From: Clostridiales bacterium
GTDB taxonomy: Bacteria > Bacillota > Clostridia > Christensenellales > UBA1242
Assembly (NCBI GenBank): GCA_003522085.1
Contig: DPGI01000004.1
Coordinates: 11,082-75,081, forward strand
Direction of reading: 5' to 3'
DNA length: 64,000 nt
Below the pieces are notes generated by a model that was not told the DNA's origin, made no database searches, and saw only the letters and a list, made by a program, of their open reading frames with translations. The position numbers and the translations under genes were made by a program. Below, in pieces: positions 20,001-35,000 of the stretch (positions are counted from its first letter, which is position 1; every line of letters begins with the position of its first letter).

Positions 20001-23000
20001 CCACAAAAGGATATTTTAAAGGCAAAATATTAGACAAGGAAAAGAATATCCGTGAAAAAATTTATTACAAAGATAGTCTTCTTAAAATCAGAGTTGTAGT
20101 GGCAGACGGAGCAAGCGAAGAGACGGCGACAAGAATTTACAACGCTAATTCGCTTAAAAACATCGACTTGAATCGCCATTACGAACTTATGAATTCAATT
20201 TCACTTGATTCAAACTGGACAAAGCTTGCTGGAACATTAAACGGAACTTTAAGAGGTCACAATTCAAATGTAACAATTCGATTTAATGGCGGCGGAAGCA
20301 TTTTTGAAAATATTGGCAAGGGAGCAAAGGTTTACAATCTTAACTTGGCCGGAAATGTCAAGGGCTCAGGAATGCTCGCTCAAACCAACGAAGGTTCAAT
20401 TTCAAATGTAAATGTTGTTGTTTACAGCGAAGGGGCAACAATCAAAAGTTCAACAATCACAGGTAAGGGATATGTTGGCGGAATTGTCGGAATCAACAAA
20501 GGAACAATTCAAGATTCAGCAGTAGAGGGTGCAACCATCGTTTCTGATTCTGGTGAAGCATCACTTTCAGATATTGCAGGTGGAATCGCAGGGCAAAACT
20601 CAGGAAAAATTTTAAACAGCAAAGTTGAATTTTACAATATCGACAAAGTTGGCGGCACAAACATTGTCAACACCTTTAAAGCATTTTATGTTGGTGGAAT
20701 TGTCGGCGAACTTACCGAAGGCGCAACTATTGAAAAATCATACGCTTACAACTATTCAAACAAATATCCACTTTCAAGTGTTTATCCACAGGACACAAAA
20801 CTTTCTGCGCTTATAACAGCAGATGACAACCCAGGGGAAAGCATAACCAAATCGGATTTTCAAGCAGTATCTGGGGCTATTGTCGGAAAAACAATCCGTT
20901 ATGATGAAACAAAAAATCTTGGATATGTAGTAAACTCTTTTGCAATTTTGGCGCCTAAAGAGGAAGAAGAAAACATCAGTTGGGTTGGTCAAAATGGAAA
21001 ATGGGTTTACACAAAATCTGGCTCTGGGTATATATTGGCACTTACCAATGGTGGTTCAATCTCAGATTCATACTGGGGATATACAAAACAAACAACTGTA
21101 GGCACAACAGAAAGATGGATTGTTTCAGGTGACGGCTTTAAAGAATATGTAAGAGACGGGGCGGCTCACCTTACTTTCTATCAAGCACAAGCGATTAGTG
21201 AAGGTGTTGTTAATGGTTTTTTTGTAAAAGACGTTAAAGAATCAAACAGTGCAAAAGCATTGGCAATCACAAAAGACGCTAGTGGAAATCCCGTTGACGA
21301 TCAAGGACTTTTGTTTATAAAATCGCTTAAAGATTCATCGGGGCTTGACGACGGCGAAAGAAGTTCGCTTCGCGCGTTGAACACAATTTCAGTTGCCCGT
21401 TTGCTTGGAATTAGTGATGAAAACGTAAACAAAATTGTTATATCTTCTGACAGCAGCGACATAACTATTGATGGGAAAAATATTATTCTGTTAAACAGAA
21501 GCGACGAAGTTGCAATTACAGTTTCGTCTAAATACGATTTTACAATCAAAAAACAATTTACATTCAAAATTATTTATGCTGTTGACGAATTTACAATTTG
21601 GCACGACGGCATTGAAACATCGGGATTTACTCTTCAAGAAGGAAGACCTGACGGCGTTTCATTTACAATCAAAGATTTTGTTTATATAGGCAATTCAGGT
21701 AACAAATTTGAAATAAAGCTTGAAGATTTTGTAATTACTCCATCTTTGGAAGAAATTGAAAACCTATCAGACCTTGTGACATTTAAAACTGACGGGATGA
21801 CCGCTTCAATTTTGGCAAGAAGAGGAACTAAAGACCTTTTAACAAAAAATAGCAAAGAATTTTTTGAAGCATATGTTCAAATTGACTTAAAAAATGTTGA
21901 CGGGGAATATAAAGCTACAGTTCAAAAATTTACAAAGAAAACTCTTCAAATTTATCCAACCAAAGGTGCTCAAACAATCAGAGTTCCTGTTGATCAAATC
22001 AACATCGAACCTGCTTATCAGTCAAACTTAAACGTTGTTTTAGTAACTGACGATAATAATGATCAACTTAATCTTTCACTTGCTTTTGGTGACACTGTTT
22101 TATCAAAAGAACAAACAGGAAATATTTACACATTCTCATTAAACGGAACTAAAAGAATACAAATAGTTGCAGAGGCTCAAAAGTATGATTCAACAAACGC
22201 TTTAAGAAACTATGCTCTTACAATTACTGTTTGCGACGAATATAGAAGCCAAATCAGCGAAAGCGAAAATTATACTCTCAGCCTTACATCACAAAGTGGA
22301 ACGGCCGACAACGAACCTGTTAATGTTAATATTACTCTTTCAACACAAATGATCAACAATATTGACATGACAAACTACAAGGCAGGAACTACTCTTGTAG
22401 AAAATGGTGTTGTTTATTATAGCCATGAAACAGAGACAATCTCAGTTATCTCACCTGGCAGAAACACAATGATGCAAGTTGCCATTGACCCAACATTTGC
22501 TTATTATGACCACATGACTTTGACATTTGAAAACGCTGACGGCGCTATACTTGGAATCACAGCCTTAGACGAGGGGGGAACGAATGGCTATAAAGTAGAC
22601 TATTCGGCTGTTCAAATTGACGGTGGAGTAAGACTTGCAAGAAGATCAAGTGGCAATTACAATTTCAGATTGTATGCTGCGGCAAATATTACAACAGACA
22701 CAGTGTTCTATGTTGTTGCTTCATTCCTTGACAAAAACAACAACTTAGTTGTTCCTGCTCAAAGATATGAACTTTACGTTTCATACCTTCCAGAAGCAGA
22801 AATTACAGTTAATGGTGACATCTCAGCAGTTGTTGCAAAGGGTGGCAGCCTTGACCTTGTAATGCTGTTAAAATCAGATCAAGAAATCGAAAGCCTTGTT
22901 GCTAATAATGTAAGAGGAATAACAATTTCTCCACAAAGCACATGGACAATCGAAGATAATGGCAACGGAACAAAAACTATGCGTGCCAAACTTTATGCAG

Positions 23001-26000
23001 GACTCAACGCCGGCATTAAAGGCACAACCGAAACTGAATATGTAAACGGCGAGTTTGCACTTACAGCCGTTGTTTCAAGAATATTCAACGGCGCAAGAGA
23101 AGAAAAACGTTCAAGTGCATACATTACAATCGTTGACTTCTTGCCTGAAAAAGCAACAATCAAAAATGCTCGCGAAAAAGACAACTCATCAAATCTTGTT
23201 TTGGATTCTTACATTGGCATTCCAGTTGCTGTCGACTTTGACTATACATTTAATCCTGAAGAATATGGATATGATCATTCAAGCGATGGCGACATAACAC
23301 TTGTTAACGATTTGATTCAAGCAAGACAAGAGTTTGAACAAAAAAGATACTATGCAAATGAAAATGCTGGATTCTATATCAACTATGACAAAGAAAGCAA
23401 TCAAGTCATTCCAATTACGCAAAGAATCAAAGTTGGAAATCAAATGGCTAGATTTGTTCAGTCTAGTGAAGACGAAAACGTTTGGACATTTAATTACACA
23501 AAATTCAGATTAAACTACAACTCAAAAACAAACATGCTTACAGTTTTAGGGCTTTCGTCAACTGCTTCACCGGTAACTGTTACACTGATTGATGAAATCT
23601 ATGTGGCAAGCTCTGGAAAAGCAATCAAATACACAATCGAAACTCCTTTTGCTATTGATGTTGTGACTTATTCAGATGCGGATCTGCCACTTTTAATCAG
23701 AGATGAAGAAGAATTTTTGAAGGTGGCAAACGAAGGAACAGCTCAAAACTACATCTTGCTTAATGACATTACATTAAAAAATTACACTCCAATTTCAGCA
23801 AACATGTTTAAGATGCTTGATGGAAACGGATATTCAATCAACATTGAAAGCTTTAATATGGAAGGCTCAGGAACGCTCAATCTTGCATTATTTACAAGCA
23901 TTCCTGCAACAACCACTATTAAAAACCTTAAAGTTAACTATTACAACGGTGGAAAGATCAACGTTGACACAACTTCAAGCGGATACACATCAATCAATGT
24001 TGCTGGACTTGCCATTACAAACGCCGGAATAGTTACAAACACTCAAGTTATTGCTTATCAAAACGCAGATGCGCAAATAATTCACAATAACAGCGTTGGC
24101 TTACAAGTAAACTTAATGCGCGGCTCGACACCATATTACATTGACGACAACTCATCAGTAAAGGCACAAATTGCAGGCTTTGTTTTGACAAACACGGGTT
24201 CAATCACAAATTCTCGCGTTGGTGGTGAAAGCATCGTTGTAATTGGCGATCAAATCGGCGATACAAACTATACTTATTATTCAAATGTCGCGCTCAACCA
24301 ATTTGTTCTTTCTGGACAAGGAGATATGGCCGGATTTGTATTAACCAACTCGGGAAGTATTGTTGCATCTGGCGCATCAAACATTCAAATTACAAACCTT
24401 TCAACGGCGGCAAAAACTTCGACTGCAGGCTTTGCAGTTGCAAATGGTGGAAACATCCGCACATCATACGTTGAAGGATCAAAAGACCCAAGCGAAGCTA
24501 CACAATATCACCTTAAAGGCAGCAGCATCAGCTCAAAGGGAACAGTTGCCGGATTTGTTGTAAACAATACAGCAAATGGTGTTATTGCAAACGCTTACTC
24601 AAACATCTTTATTTCAAACAACGATGAATCACAAAGCAGAACGAGTGCCGGATTTGTTTATAAAAACGAAGGCAAAATCGCTTACAGTTATTCGGCTTCA
24701 AGAGTCGAAAAGGCAAACATTCTTCAAACTAATTTCTCGGGTGTTGACAGCAACGGAAACAGTTTGAACCTCGGAAAAATCGAACTTAGTTATTACTACA
24801 TTCAAGACTATGCCGACGACACTTCTGAAGACATTCAAGGCGCTATTGAAAATCAAGCGACACTCATCAATAAAGATGCAGTAAACAGCGAAAACGCATA
24901 CTATGGTTTCATTTTCAGCAGTTCAACATCGCTTCAAGACGGACTTTGGAAAATTGATGCAGATGCGGAAGAAGGTGTTAAACTTATATGCAGAAATGAA
25001 GTAACAGTCAGCCATAGATATTACTTCTCAATCTCAGAAGATGAATACGCTTTGCCATATTCAATTTTGAGAAACCAAGAAAATACTGCAGGCGTTGAAT
25101 ACAACACCGAACTCGGCAACGACTGCAACCCAATTTTGATTAGCAATGCCAACGAGTTTAAAGAGGCTATGGGCGAATCAAAATCGATTTATGTTCAAAA
25201 ATTCTACAACAAAGACAAAGTATTTGGTGCTTACAGATTTGTAAGTGACATTATGCTTTCAGACTTAAACAACGAACTTGGCAACGCCGAAGTTAAGTCA
25301 ATCGATAAAATCTTTGCTGGTAAACTTGACGGAAACGGCTTCACAATCAAAAACATCTCAATCAAGAGTTCAAACAACAGCGTAGGTTTGTTTGGAGAAA
25401 TCAACAGTGGTATTGTAAGGGGAGTTAACCTTGAAGTTGACAACATCACGGCTTCAAACTCTTATACAGTCGGTGCATTGACGGGACTTGCTAAAAACTC
25501 AATCATATCAAACGTTGCTCTTACTCAAAAAACCGTTACTTCAGGTGGCTCAAACTCAGGTAAGGGTGTGCTTGGAAGAAACATCACCGGCGGAATTATC
25601 GGTTCAGCGTTTGGCGATTGCTACATCACGGGACTTACTTCAACCGATGTTATCGTTCAATCATCTTTCTACAATGATGAAAAAGATGGATATGAAAAAT
25701 ATTTAGACAACACGTTCAACTCAAAAACAATCAGACAAAACGAAAATCAACTTCGCGCACGCTTCTTCTCAGATGACGGAATTGGATCTGTTTCGTTCGC
25801 GGGCGGTGTGATTGGATATTCAGACACTTATCTTACAAACGAAATCTCTTCGCTTGAGTTTGTTTACGGCCAAAACTTAAATGACAGCCGCTATGCAATC
25901 AAAAAACTCGTTGTAAATGGCTCAGTTGATGTTCGCGGCGAAGTAGTCGGCGGCGTGATTGGCTTCACAGGAATCAACACAAAAGCAAAAGATATCAGCC

Positions 26001-29000
26001 TTACAATTTCAAAAGGCGATGGACTTTCAAACAACTTGCTTTCATACAACGGCTTTGCAGGTTCAATCGTAGGTTATGCAAATGGTCAATTCCATCAAGT
26101 TTATGCTGAACACGACGAAAAGACTCAAGACCTTATTGAAACATCAACTAAGAATTATTATAAAGATGGCAACGCCGAAACCGAACGCGGTGAACTTGCA
26201 CTGTTTAAATTTAAAGAAGCTTCGACTGGCGCTTATAAATATGAACCTGTCTATGTCGGCGGCCTTATGGGCGTTATGGATGCCGGAGCAATCACTGTTG
26301 CTTACAGCAAAATCAACGCTATAAATCACTCTGAAACAGGTTATGCAGGCGGAATCGCCGGACTCGTAAAAGACTCATCACAATTTACAGTAAGTGTTGA
26401 ATCTCTTGGCCAAACTGCAAAAACTTCACTTTTACTCAACGAAGTTTACGCATCAGGCGATGTCTATGCTAATGGCGAGAAAGTTGAAGAGAAAACTGTC
26501 ATAGGCTTTGCAGGATTGTTTGGTAAACTTTCAACAAACACAAAATTAACCATGATGTCAGTCAACGCTGTAAACCATTATGGTATTGTTGGCAATAGTG
26601 CTAAATATAAAAACGGAATCTATGCAATTGCTCCAAATGCAAATGCAACCAACGTTCAAGTATTCCCGGCTGTTGTCGCAACAGATGGACTTGCACAGGG
26701 CGACATTGCAAGCGCTAAATCATTTGGGTATATGAGTGATTATTCGCCCAAAGACGCAAACGACAATGTTAAAGTTATTCCTTATGAAGGTTTTGTAGAC
26801 GCAGATTACTTCTTCAAAATCACAGCAGTGACATCGTTCACTTCGTCAGAAGATGGCTACACCGAAACAAACGGCGCGTTCATCAACTCAAACGCATGGG
26901 ATTCTGACAATTGGACACACAAGATCACCGATCTTTATCCAAGAATCAATCTTATAAACAAACTCAACTACATCTATCTTGATGTTTACAACAAAGTTAG
27001 CGTTGTTGCAAAAATGCAAAACTCTTCAATTGAAGTAAGAGTTCGTGGTAAAAAGTCTGTAAACGAAAACGTTTATGAAAACGTTGACCTTACTGACGTT
27101 ATCGGCGCCGGAATCCAAAACTACTCAGGAAAACTTGTCGGCGGAACAGACAGCACTTGGGGAACAGGCTTTGGACCTATCACTCTTGTTGCAAACAAAC
27201 CAGGCGGATACCCAGGAATCATAATCAACAACACTCTATTTGCTTCAACTGGATCGGGTGTTTCAATCAGCAACCTTAACATCATTGTTCGAAATGATAA
27301 TGTTGCAAACCCTCAAACAATACCAAATGAGGGAAGTAATGGCGGTAGATTATCTATAAAGGGTGGCCTTATTTCAAAAGCAGAAGTTATTAGGGGCAAG
27401 TTTGAAAATGTCAAACTTCATGTAAACGAATTAATTTATCTTACTCCTGATGGCGCAGGCAAGGCAGGTTTGCTTGTTCCAAGTGCCAACAGCACTTCAT
27501 TTAGAAATATCACATTTAATTTCTTTGGCCCTGACAATGACTATATGGTATTGGTTAAGAATACTACAAACACAATCAATGCAGGTTTGCTTGCAGGCTC
27601 TATCGTTCAAGCATCAAAATATGAAGCAGTTAAGGTTCAAGATATTTCAATAAGACAAAACAATTTTGCGACAGGTCCAATTAAGCTGCTAAAAGTTCAA
27701 GGAATTCAAGACAGCGGAACAAGCAGTGGAACAGGCAGTGGAACAAGCAGCAAAACAAACAACGTTGGTTTGTATGTTGGTTCAATCACTTCGGCTTCAG
27801 AAGGAAATGTTGCAGCCGTTGTGCTTTCAGCCAAAGCGCCAGATGTGTGGGACGGAACAGCCCCGGTTGACAGCGAAAAAGGTGTCCAATCAATAATCGA
27901 GGTTACTGGTGACGGCGGTACAGTCAACTTTGGTGGATATTTTGGAAGCGTTCAAGCAGCGGGAACTACGCTAACACTATATAAAGAGAAAGATTATGTT
28001 CAAAAATTGAAGCTCTCGAATGCCGTTACAACATCTCGACTTAACGAAGGTGGATTGATTGGTGATGCTGCATTGCAATCGTTTACAATCATAAACCAAA
28101 CCGGAAACGATGAGAAGGTTGTTTTAAACACAGAACTAGAGTTCTCGCAAGATCAAAGCGACACAAACATTGGCTCAATGTTTGGTCATGTGTCAGGAAC
28201 ATTCACAATCGACAACACCTACGGCGGTATCCAAGCAAAAATTACAACTGTGGCTCCTTCAGAGTCGAGCACCAAACCTAAGCTTGATCCTAAAATTGGA
28301 GAAAATGGAGAAACCTATGGTTTAGGTGGGATAATTGGTAAAAATGAAGCGAATATAACAATTAAAAACTTGACAGTTAAACTTGGTATTGGAGACAACA
28401 ACTCAGTAGGCTTGGCCGCGGGAGCTTCAGTGGGCGGCGTAATTGGCGACGAGAATAACGCAGTAGATTGGACAAGCAAAGGGGCTTCAGTTGGTGGAGT
28501 GATTGGAACTAATAGTGGTATCATTACAACTGATGATAATAGCAATATCGAATTTAATGTTGGATCAGAAATTATTAACATATCAATGCCGCAATATTAT
28601 GGAAACTTCGTAGGTTATAATACAGAACCTATAACATTAACCAATTTTAATACTAATGCCAATATAAAAATATCAGGCAAAGAGTCTGGCATAGGGTCAT
28701 ATGGCGGAATAGTTGGACAAACCAGCGGTTCAGTAACAATCGGTCAAAATACTCAATCAGTAAAAATCAATTCAACGTTTGATATTAATTGTAATTCGGC
28801 ACAATCATTTGAATTGGGCGGCGTAATCGGGAACATTAATCAGGAGTATCAAATGGGTTCAAGCGAGCCTGTAAAGATTACTACGCTTAATAACATTATT
28901 TTCAGTGGGGCATTTAAACTCACATTATCTCAGACGAATGTCAGCCACAGTATTGGTGGACTAATTGGTAAAATAAAAGCCGCGAAGAAAGTTTCTTTAA

Positions 29001-32000
29001 CCAGCAACTTAGTATATGGTGATGTTATTTACACATATAGTAAAGCTACTGCTCAATTAAGTACATATCATTTTGGTGGTTTGATTGGTTCGGGAGCAGG
29101 CAAATTGAAGCAGGCCTCAGCCCTTACAGAATTAGCAACAAAAGGTTTCTATAGTAATGACAACATAATTGCCTTTACTAACAACAATTCACGAAAAGCA
29201 GTTGGTACGGTAAGTAACCCTCCTGACCCTATTGGCACTCATGTAAATGCAATTTGTGGAACTAATAGTGATCTTGGATCGCAATCTGATGTTTATTGTT
29301 CACAACTTGTGCTTGCAACAAATGACCAAGCAACCGATTTAGCATATGCTGACAAAACAAGCGCAAACGGTTACAAGACAATAAGCAACAGCGAATCTAT
29401 CATTGCTAAGGCAACTCAATTTGACACAGAATTAACAACTACATCAATGCCTGATGGGCATAAATTTAAACCTATTACTAGTGGTGAAGCCAAAACTACA
29501 GGTTTAAATGGAATTACTTATTACACAACAAAATATCCAAATGTAACAGATGCAACACTTACTAGTGCAGCGTTTATTGGTGATTTTAAAGATTTTAGAA
29601 CAGAATATGGCTATTCGCCTATCAATATCGTTGGACAAAAAGCGTTTGTTTCGGGCGTAGTTATAGACTGCAACATCTCAGATACGGATACAACTGGATT
29701 TACTGATTCAGTTGGCGGAATTGCGAAGAAACTTCAAGATGGAATTATCTTCGCTTGCAAAGCAACAGGCAAACTTTCTGTTGGTGGAACAACGACACTA
29801 AACGTTGGTGGCATTGTGGGTTTAATGCAAACAGGTCGAATTGCAGAATGCTATTCTTCAGTCGACATCGTTTATCGCGCAGGCAAAAACGGCGATACAC
29901 TTGGAAATGCTGCAGCGGTTGCTGTAACAAGCGGCGAAAACAAAGAAATCAACTTTATTGAAAACACTTATGCAACGGGCGAAGTTGCTTCATATATAAG
30001 TGCAAATCTTTATGCGTTCACAAACGGGGCAAATGCATTTGTTCAAAACTCATACACAATATCTCACATCAGTGCTAAGGACCACACAAGCATTGACATG
30101 TCTTCTAATGTAGAACTTGGAATATTTGGCTCTGCAGACACAACAGCTTGCTCATATGATGAAAATGGAACAGAATGCCTTGAAAATCAAGATAAAAATG
30201 GTTTTAAGGGTAACAACAAAGTAAGCAACGTTTCATATAAAAACGGAACGGAATTAACAGGCTTAACTTCAGGTTGGGTAGCAGATATTAACAATAACTA
30301 TGGCTATATGCGTCGAAACTTTAAAGCATTTGAGTCATCATCTAGCGAGAAAATTGGCGATATAACATATCTTCTTATTCCAAATGCAACAAAACTTTAT
30401 CAAATGACAAATGATACTACAACTACAGCGCAAACAGTAAATAGTAGTTATAAATTAACTCGTGATATTGATTTGTCAAAAACGACATACAATAACAAGA
30501 GCGCTCAACCAGCAATAGTTATCAGCGGAAAAACATTTGAAGGTGACAACCACACAATTAAAAATGTTACGGCAACACTATTTAGTAATGTGACAACCTT
30601 AAACAACTTGCGTGTAACAACAGTTGTAGATGGTGATAAGGGTAGCGGTATCACTGGCAGTGCAGTTGTGGCAAATGAAGTTGGCACAGCAACCAACGTT
30701 GTTGCAACTGGAATATTGACCGGAGATGACACCACAGTTGGTGGATTATTCGCCACAGCAACTGGCGCTTTAAAAAACTGCAAAAACTATGTAAAAATTG
30801 ATGTAATTAACAAAACAGGTGCAAAAGTTGGTGGTATTGCAGGCGAAGGCAAAGGCGCAACAGAATGTATTAACTATTCTCCAATCAACGTCTCGAGTTC
30901 AACGGGCAGCTATGTTGGCGGAATTTTTGGTAAGGGCACAGAAAAAACAGAAAAAATAGAAAATTGTGGAAACGAAAACACAGTGTTTAATGGTTATACC
31001 GCAGGAGGCGACGGCAATTATTATGCTGCAGGCATTGTTGGGTCTTCATCAGCACAAATTAGCAGTTGCTACAACACAGCAATGATTAAAGCGGGCAATA
31101 AAAACATTAACGCTTCAGGTGAAACAAAAGCCTACGCAGCCGGAATTGTTGCAGATGGCACTAATGTTGCAAATGACGCTGATAAGAAATGCTACAACTC
31201 AGGGCATATTGAAGCATTGGGAAGTTTAGCAGGTGCACTGAAGTCTCCGACTGTCACAAATGGTATCATTACAGACAATAACCAAGCATATAAAATCAAC
31301 TTTGAGTTTAATAGTGCTGATATAATAAATGTTAAAGCCGGTTCAATAACGGGAGATGGCAATGATAATAGTTCTTCTTATGTATTCAGAAATGGTTTAC
31401 ATGGCAAATACACAAATGAAATTGATGCGGGAAGCTTAGAAAACGAACATGCAGATGAAACGGGCTTAGATATTAATGGACTTAATATAAAAGCTTCTGA
31501 TCAAACAGCGCATGTGGCTTCTATTGACGAAATGGGTGTTCCAAAATCATTCTTTGTTACTTCAACTAGAAATATTAAATATCCTGGCATAGACAAACCT
31601 AAAAGTCAAATTCGTTATACAACCACAAAATCAGTAACAGAAACATACTATAAAACATCCATTTTAAATGGTCAAAATGCCATTAAAATAAATGGTAACG
31701 ATACAACTATTTCGCAGGAGATAGGGAAAATTAGAACTACAATCTCAAATCAGACCCCAAATGCTGGATCTGCCAATGAAAAAGTTGATATCAGTGGTGA
31801 AACTTATATGTTTGTAAGTTTGGGAAGTGGATTTGCGCAAGTTGCAAATTCTACTACGAGAACGGAAGAAATTAGCATTTTAGGGTCAACGACAGTTAGT
31901 GGCAATAAAACGATAACTGAGCTTGACAACGCTGGTTATACATTTAGGATAACAGACCTTATTGTTTCAGAAGTGGCAAACGCTTCTGACCTAACTGTTT

Positions 32001-35000
32001 CAAGCCAACCAAGCTATAGCAACAACAATCTTAAGTTCACAGTTTCTTATAATTGCGTTCCTACAACGGCTACTTCTGCTAAACTTTCATATAAGATAAC
32101 GGCTGAAAAGGCAAATGGCACAATAACTATTAATTTAGTGCAAAGCAACATCTTTGAAGAAAATGGCAACACCGTTATTTATCTTGAAGGACAAAAAGAC
32201 ACTGCTGGAAACAATATTAATATAAGTGGACTTACAAATGGTCAAGAATACACGCTTACAGTAAATGGTGAACCAAAAAAATTTAAATATGCAAGCGCAA
32301 CAAAAACATTGTCTCGCAGTGAAAATTTATTGAAAACATGGAAAGGTAAGCCGGCAACAATCAACCTTAATGAAGGAAAGACCACAACTATAAATGAAAC
32401 CAGTTATGCTTCTTCGAATGTTGAAGACGTAGAAATAGATACATCAGAGTCAGATCAAACCGAAATTCGAAGATTGTATACGTCTGTTAGTGTCAGAAAT
32501 GGAGATGAAGGCGATGCTGTTATGGACGGCGTTAAAGTCATTAAAGATCGCACTTATCAATGGAATGAAAAAAATGGCAAAGTTGACAAACACAGGCTTA
32601 GAACGACTCGAAGAGTAAAAGGCAAAGTGAACTCAGTGTCTATTTCAAGCGCCTGGGGAAACCATACATTTACTATTCAAGGCGGAGGTGAGAATGCATG
32701 GTGGCATGTACCCCAAGGTTTGCATGATCCATTCTATCTTGACGTTTGGTGGGATAACATGGATGGAGAAGGATATTCGAAAGTTTATTTTGACGTGCAA
32801 GGCAGTGCCAACTTAGGTGATGAAGCGCAGACAAGGTTCGCTAATGTAAATATTACATTCAATTTGGATGGATCTAATTATAATAGTTACAACACATTTA
32901 AAGATAGTTATGTAAAAACAACGGCTACCAGCAGTTACGATAAAATTGAATCAGAATATCAAAAAAATGGTGACAAGGTGCTGCGTATTACTGGCTATCC
33001 AACTAGTGCATATGGCAATACAAGTATTTATGCAACAGACTATTATTATTATCAATCATACCAGCTTACTAAAGTTACAGCTACGGCTGCTAACACAAAT
33101 GCAACTTTAGTGTATACTTTCAATGGAGAAGTTAAAAACATCTATCCTAGCGATAGCAATAAGGCAGCATCTTTCGAAAACATTGCTTCAGGCACTAAAA
33201 ACACGCTAACTCGTAATGTTGTTACCATCTCAGGATTAACTGTCAATGCAACGAAAGGTCAAATATCTAATAGCGAGAGTTGCGCAGTTCTTTATGAACG
33301 GGTGTTGAAATTGACATCTCAAAATGCCATAACATCTAATTCCGACGATTCTACCATTACAATTGGCGACACAAATTATACCTATGAACTTACAGGAAAG
33401 GCAGGTGATGCAAATAGACAACTAGCAAAATTCAATGGAGCCGAAGTTGCTGGTGAGGAAATTAGCGTTGGCAGAGCAACGTATTCATATGAAGTTGATG
33501 GAGATGGATTGTCTTTATATCAACGGTTTATAGGAGACAAAGGCAAACTTTCGCTCCCAAAAGAAACAAATGAAATTATCATCAAATATGGTTTTGATGC
33601 AAATGGAGATATTGTAATTGCTGGATACCAAGTTAATTCTAATGGAATGGTGACTATCGACGGAACAGCATATTATAAACTTGAAGATGATAAAGTGATT
33701 TCTAGAGAGCCTAAGTTTACAGAAAGCAATGGGCAAACCACTATATATTTTTATGGTGAAATTAATGTGTATTCGTATATTGAGTATTCTGTTGATATAA
33801 AAGTGGCGGATGATTACAAGACATTTAATTTAGTTAATCAAAAGTCAGAACTTGGAATTACAGGACAAGATTGCAACTTTATTGATTCAAACGCATATGA
33901 AGGACAAACAATTGACGGTCAAACAATTTCATATGAAAACAATAAAATTATTGTTTCAGCAGGCAGAGCTTCTGGTGCAAGAAGTATTGATTTGATTTAT
34001 TCATCGTTCACTTCGGTTGATATTAATAAAGCAATTTATAGAAGTGAAGAACAAACTGCCGTTACTATAAATAATATGATTTTAAAAAGAGATATTGATG
34101 TTGGACATATAAACAATTCATATTCAAATTCTGGTTTCGGCGGAAAAATATCTGGTGACGGATATATCATCAATTACACATCGGAAAATGCAAGTTTGTT
34201 TAATCAAGTGTCATCAAACAACAATTTTGTAAAAGATTTGAGTGTGGCAGGTTCAATAATTACAGATGGAACATCAACAACTTCTAATTACGGAATGCTT
34301 GCAAAAACAATCAGCACAGGCATAAAAAACATTTCAACATATGGCAGTATTTCACACATAACAACAAGAGCAATCAAAGCGGGCGGGATTGCTTATGAAA
34401 TTAATGGATCAGCACAAAACTTAAACAACTTTGTTTCATATTCAGCATTCAACTATGCCTATGATGGAACAACAGAGTGCGGAATGATGGGCATTATGTG
34501 GAATAAAGGAACTGATAATTCGATATCTTATGCAAATAACTATGGCACCATCATTGGTTTTAGAGGGAAAGATGGAGCTGATGGCACTTCTACTGATAAA
34601 GCAGGGGATGATGGTGAGGACGGTCAAAATGTTTATGCAATCTCTTCGCAAAACGTAACTTCTGCGAATAATTACGGCATAGTCAAAGCCGGCGACGGCG
34701 GCAACGGCGGCCGAGGTGCCGATGGAGTTGGCGGCAGTGATAAAACTGATGGAACCGCTCCAACTACTGGTATAATTGGGGGTTCAGAGGGTGAGCAAGG
34801 GAAGCCTGGTTCAGCTTACGTAGCATCACAAGATGACACTCTGTCAAAGTGCTCTAATGCATTGAAGTCTGAAATTGGCAAAAAAGGCAAAAAGGGCAAC
34901 TCCGGCTGGGGTGGCTTAAATTTATCTGAGAATTTAATAGATGAAAAAGAGCTTGTTGGACTTTCTTATCTACATTGGGAATTTTATGCCAATGCTGGGG

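Noticed and set aside
20141-31230. The periodic GG(I/V)(V/I)G-encoding DNA as a CRISPR array or other non-coding tandem repeat
   Set aside because: The periodicity exists at the protein-motif level, within an open reading frame. The nucleotide sequences of the units are diverged and there is no repeat-spacer structure.
17731-34651. Numerous 60-92-aa ORFs on both strands inside giant 1, with similar ones inside mfd, uvrA, fba, the MOP flippase and the VirB4-like gene
   Set aside because: All lie within long, well-supported coding frames. They lack RBSs and have low-complexity or shadow-frame composition. I treat them as frame shadows.
34560-34800. A genuine collagen triple-helix domain at the giant C-terminus
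   Set aside because: The G-X-Y periodicity holds for only 3-4 consecutive triplets at a time (GFRGKDGADGTS, GDDGEDGQN) before it breaks. I therefore describe it only as Gly-rich and partly G-X-Y.
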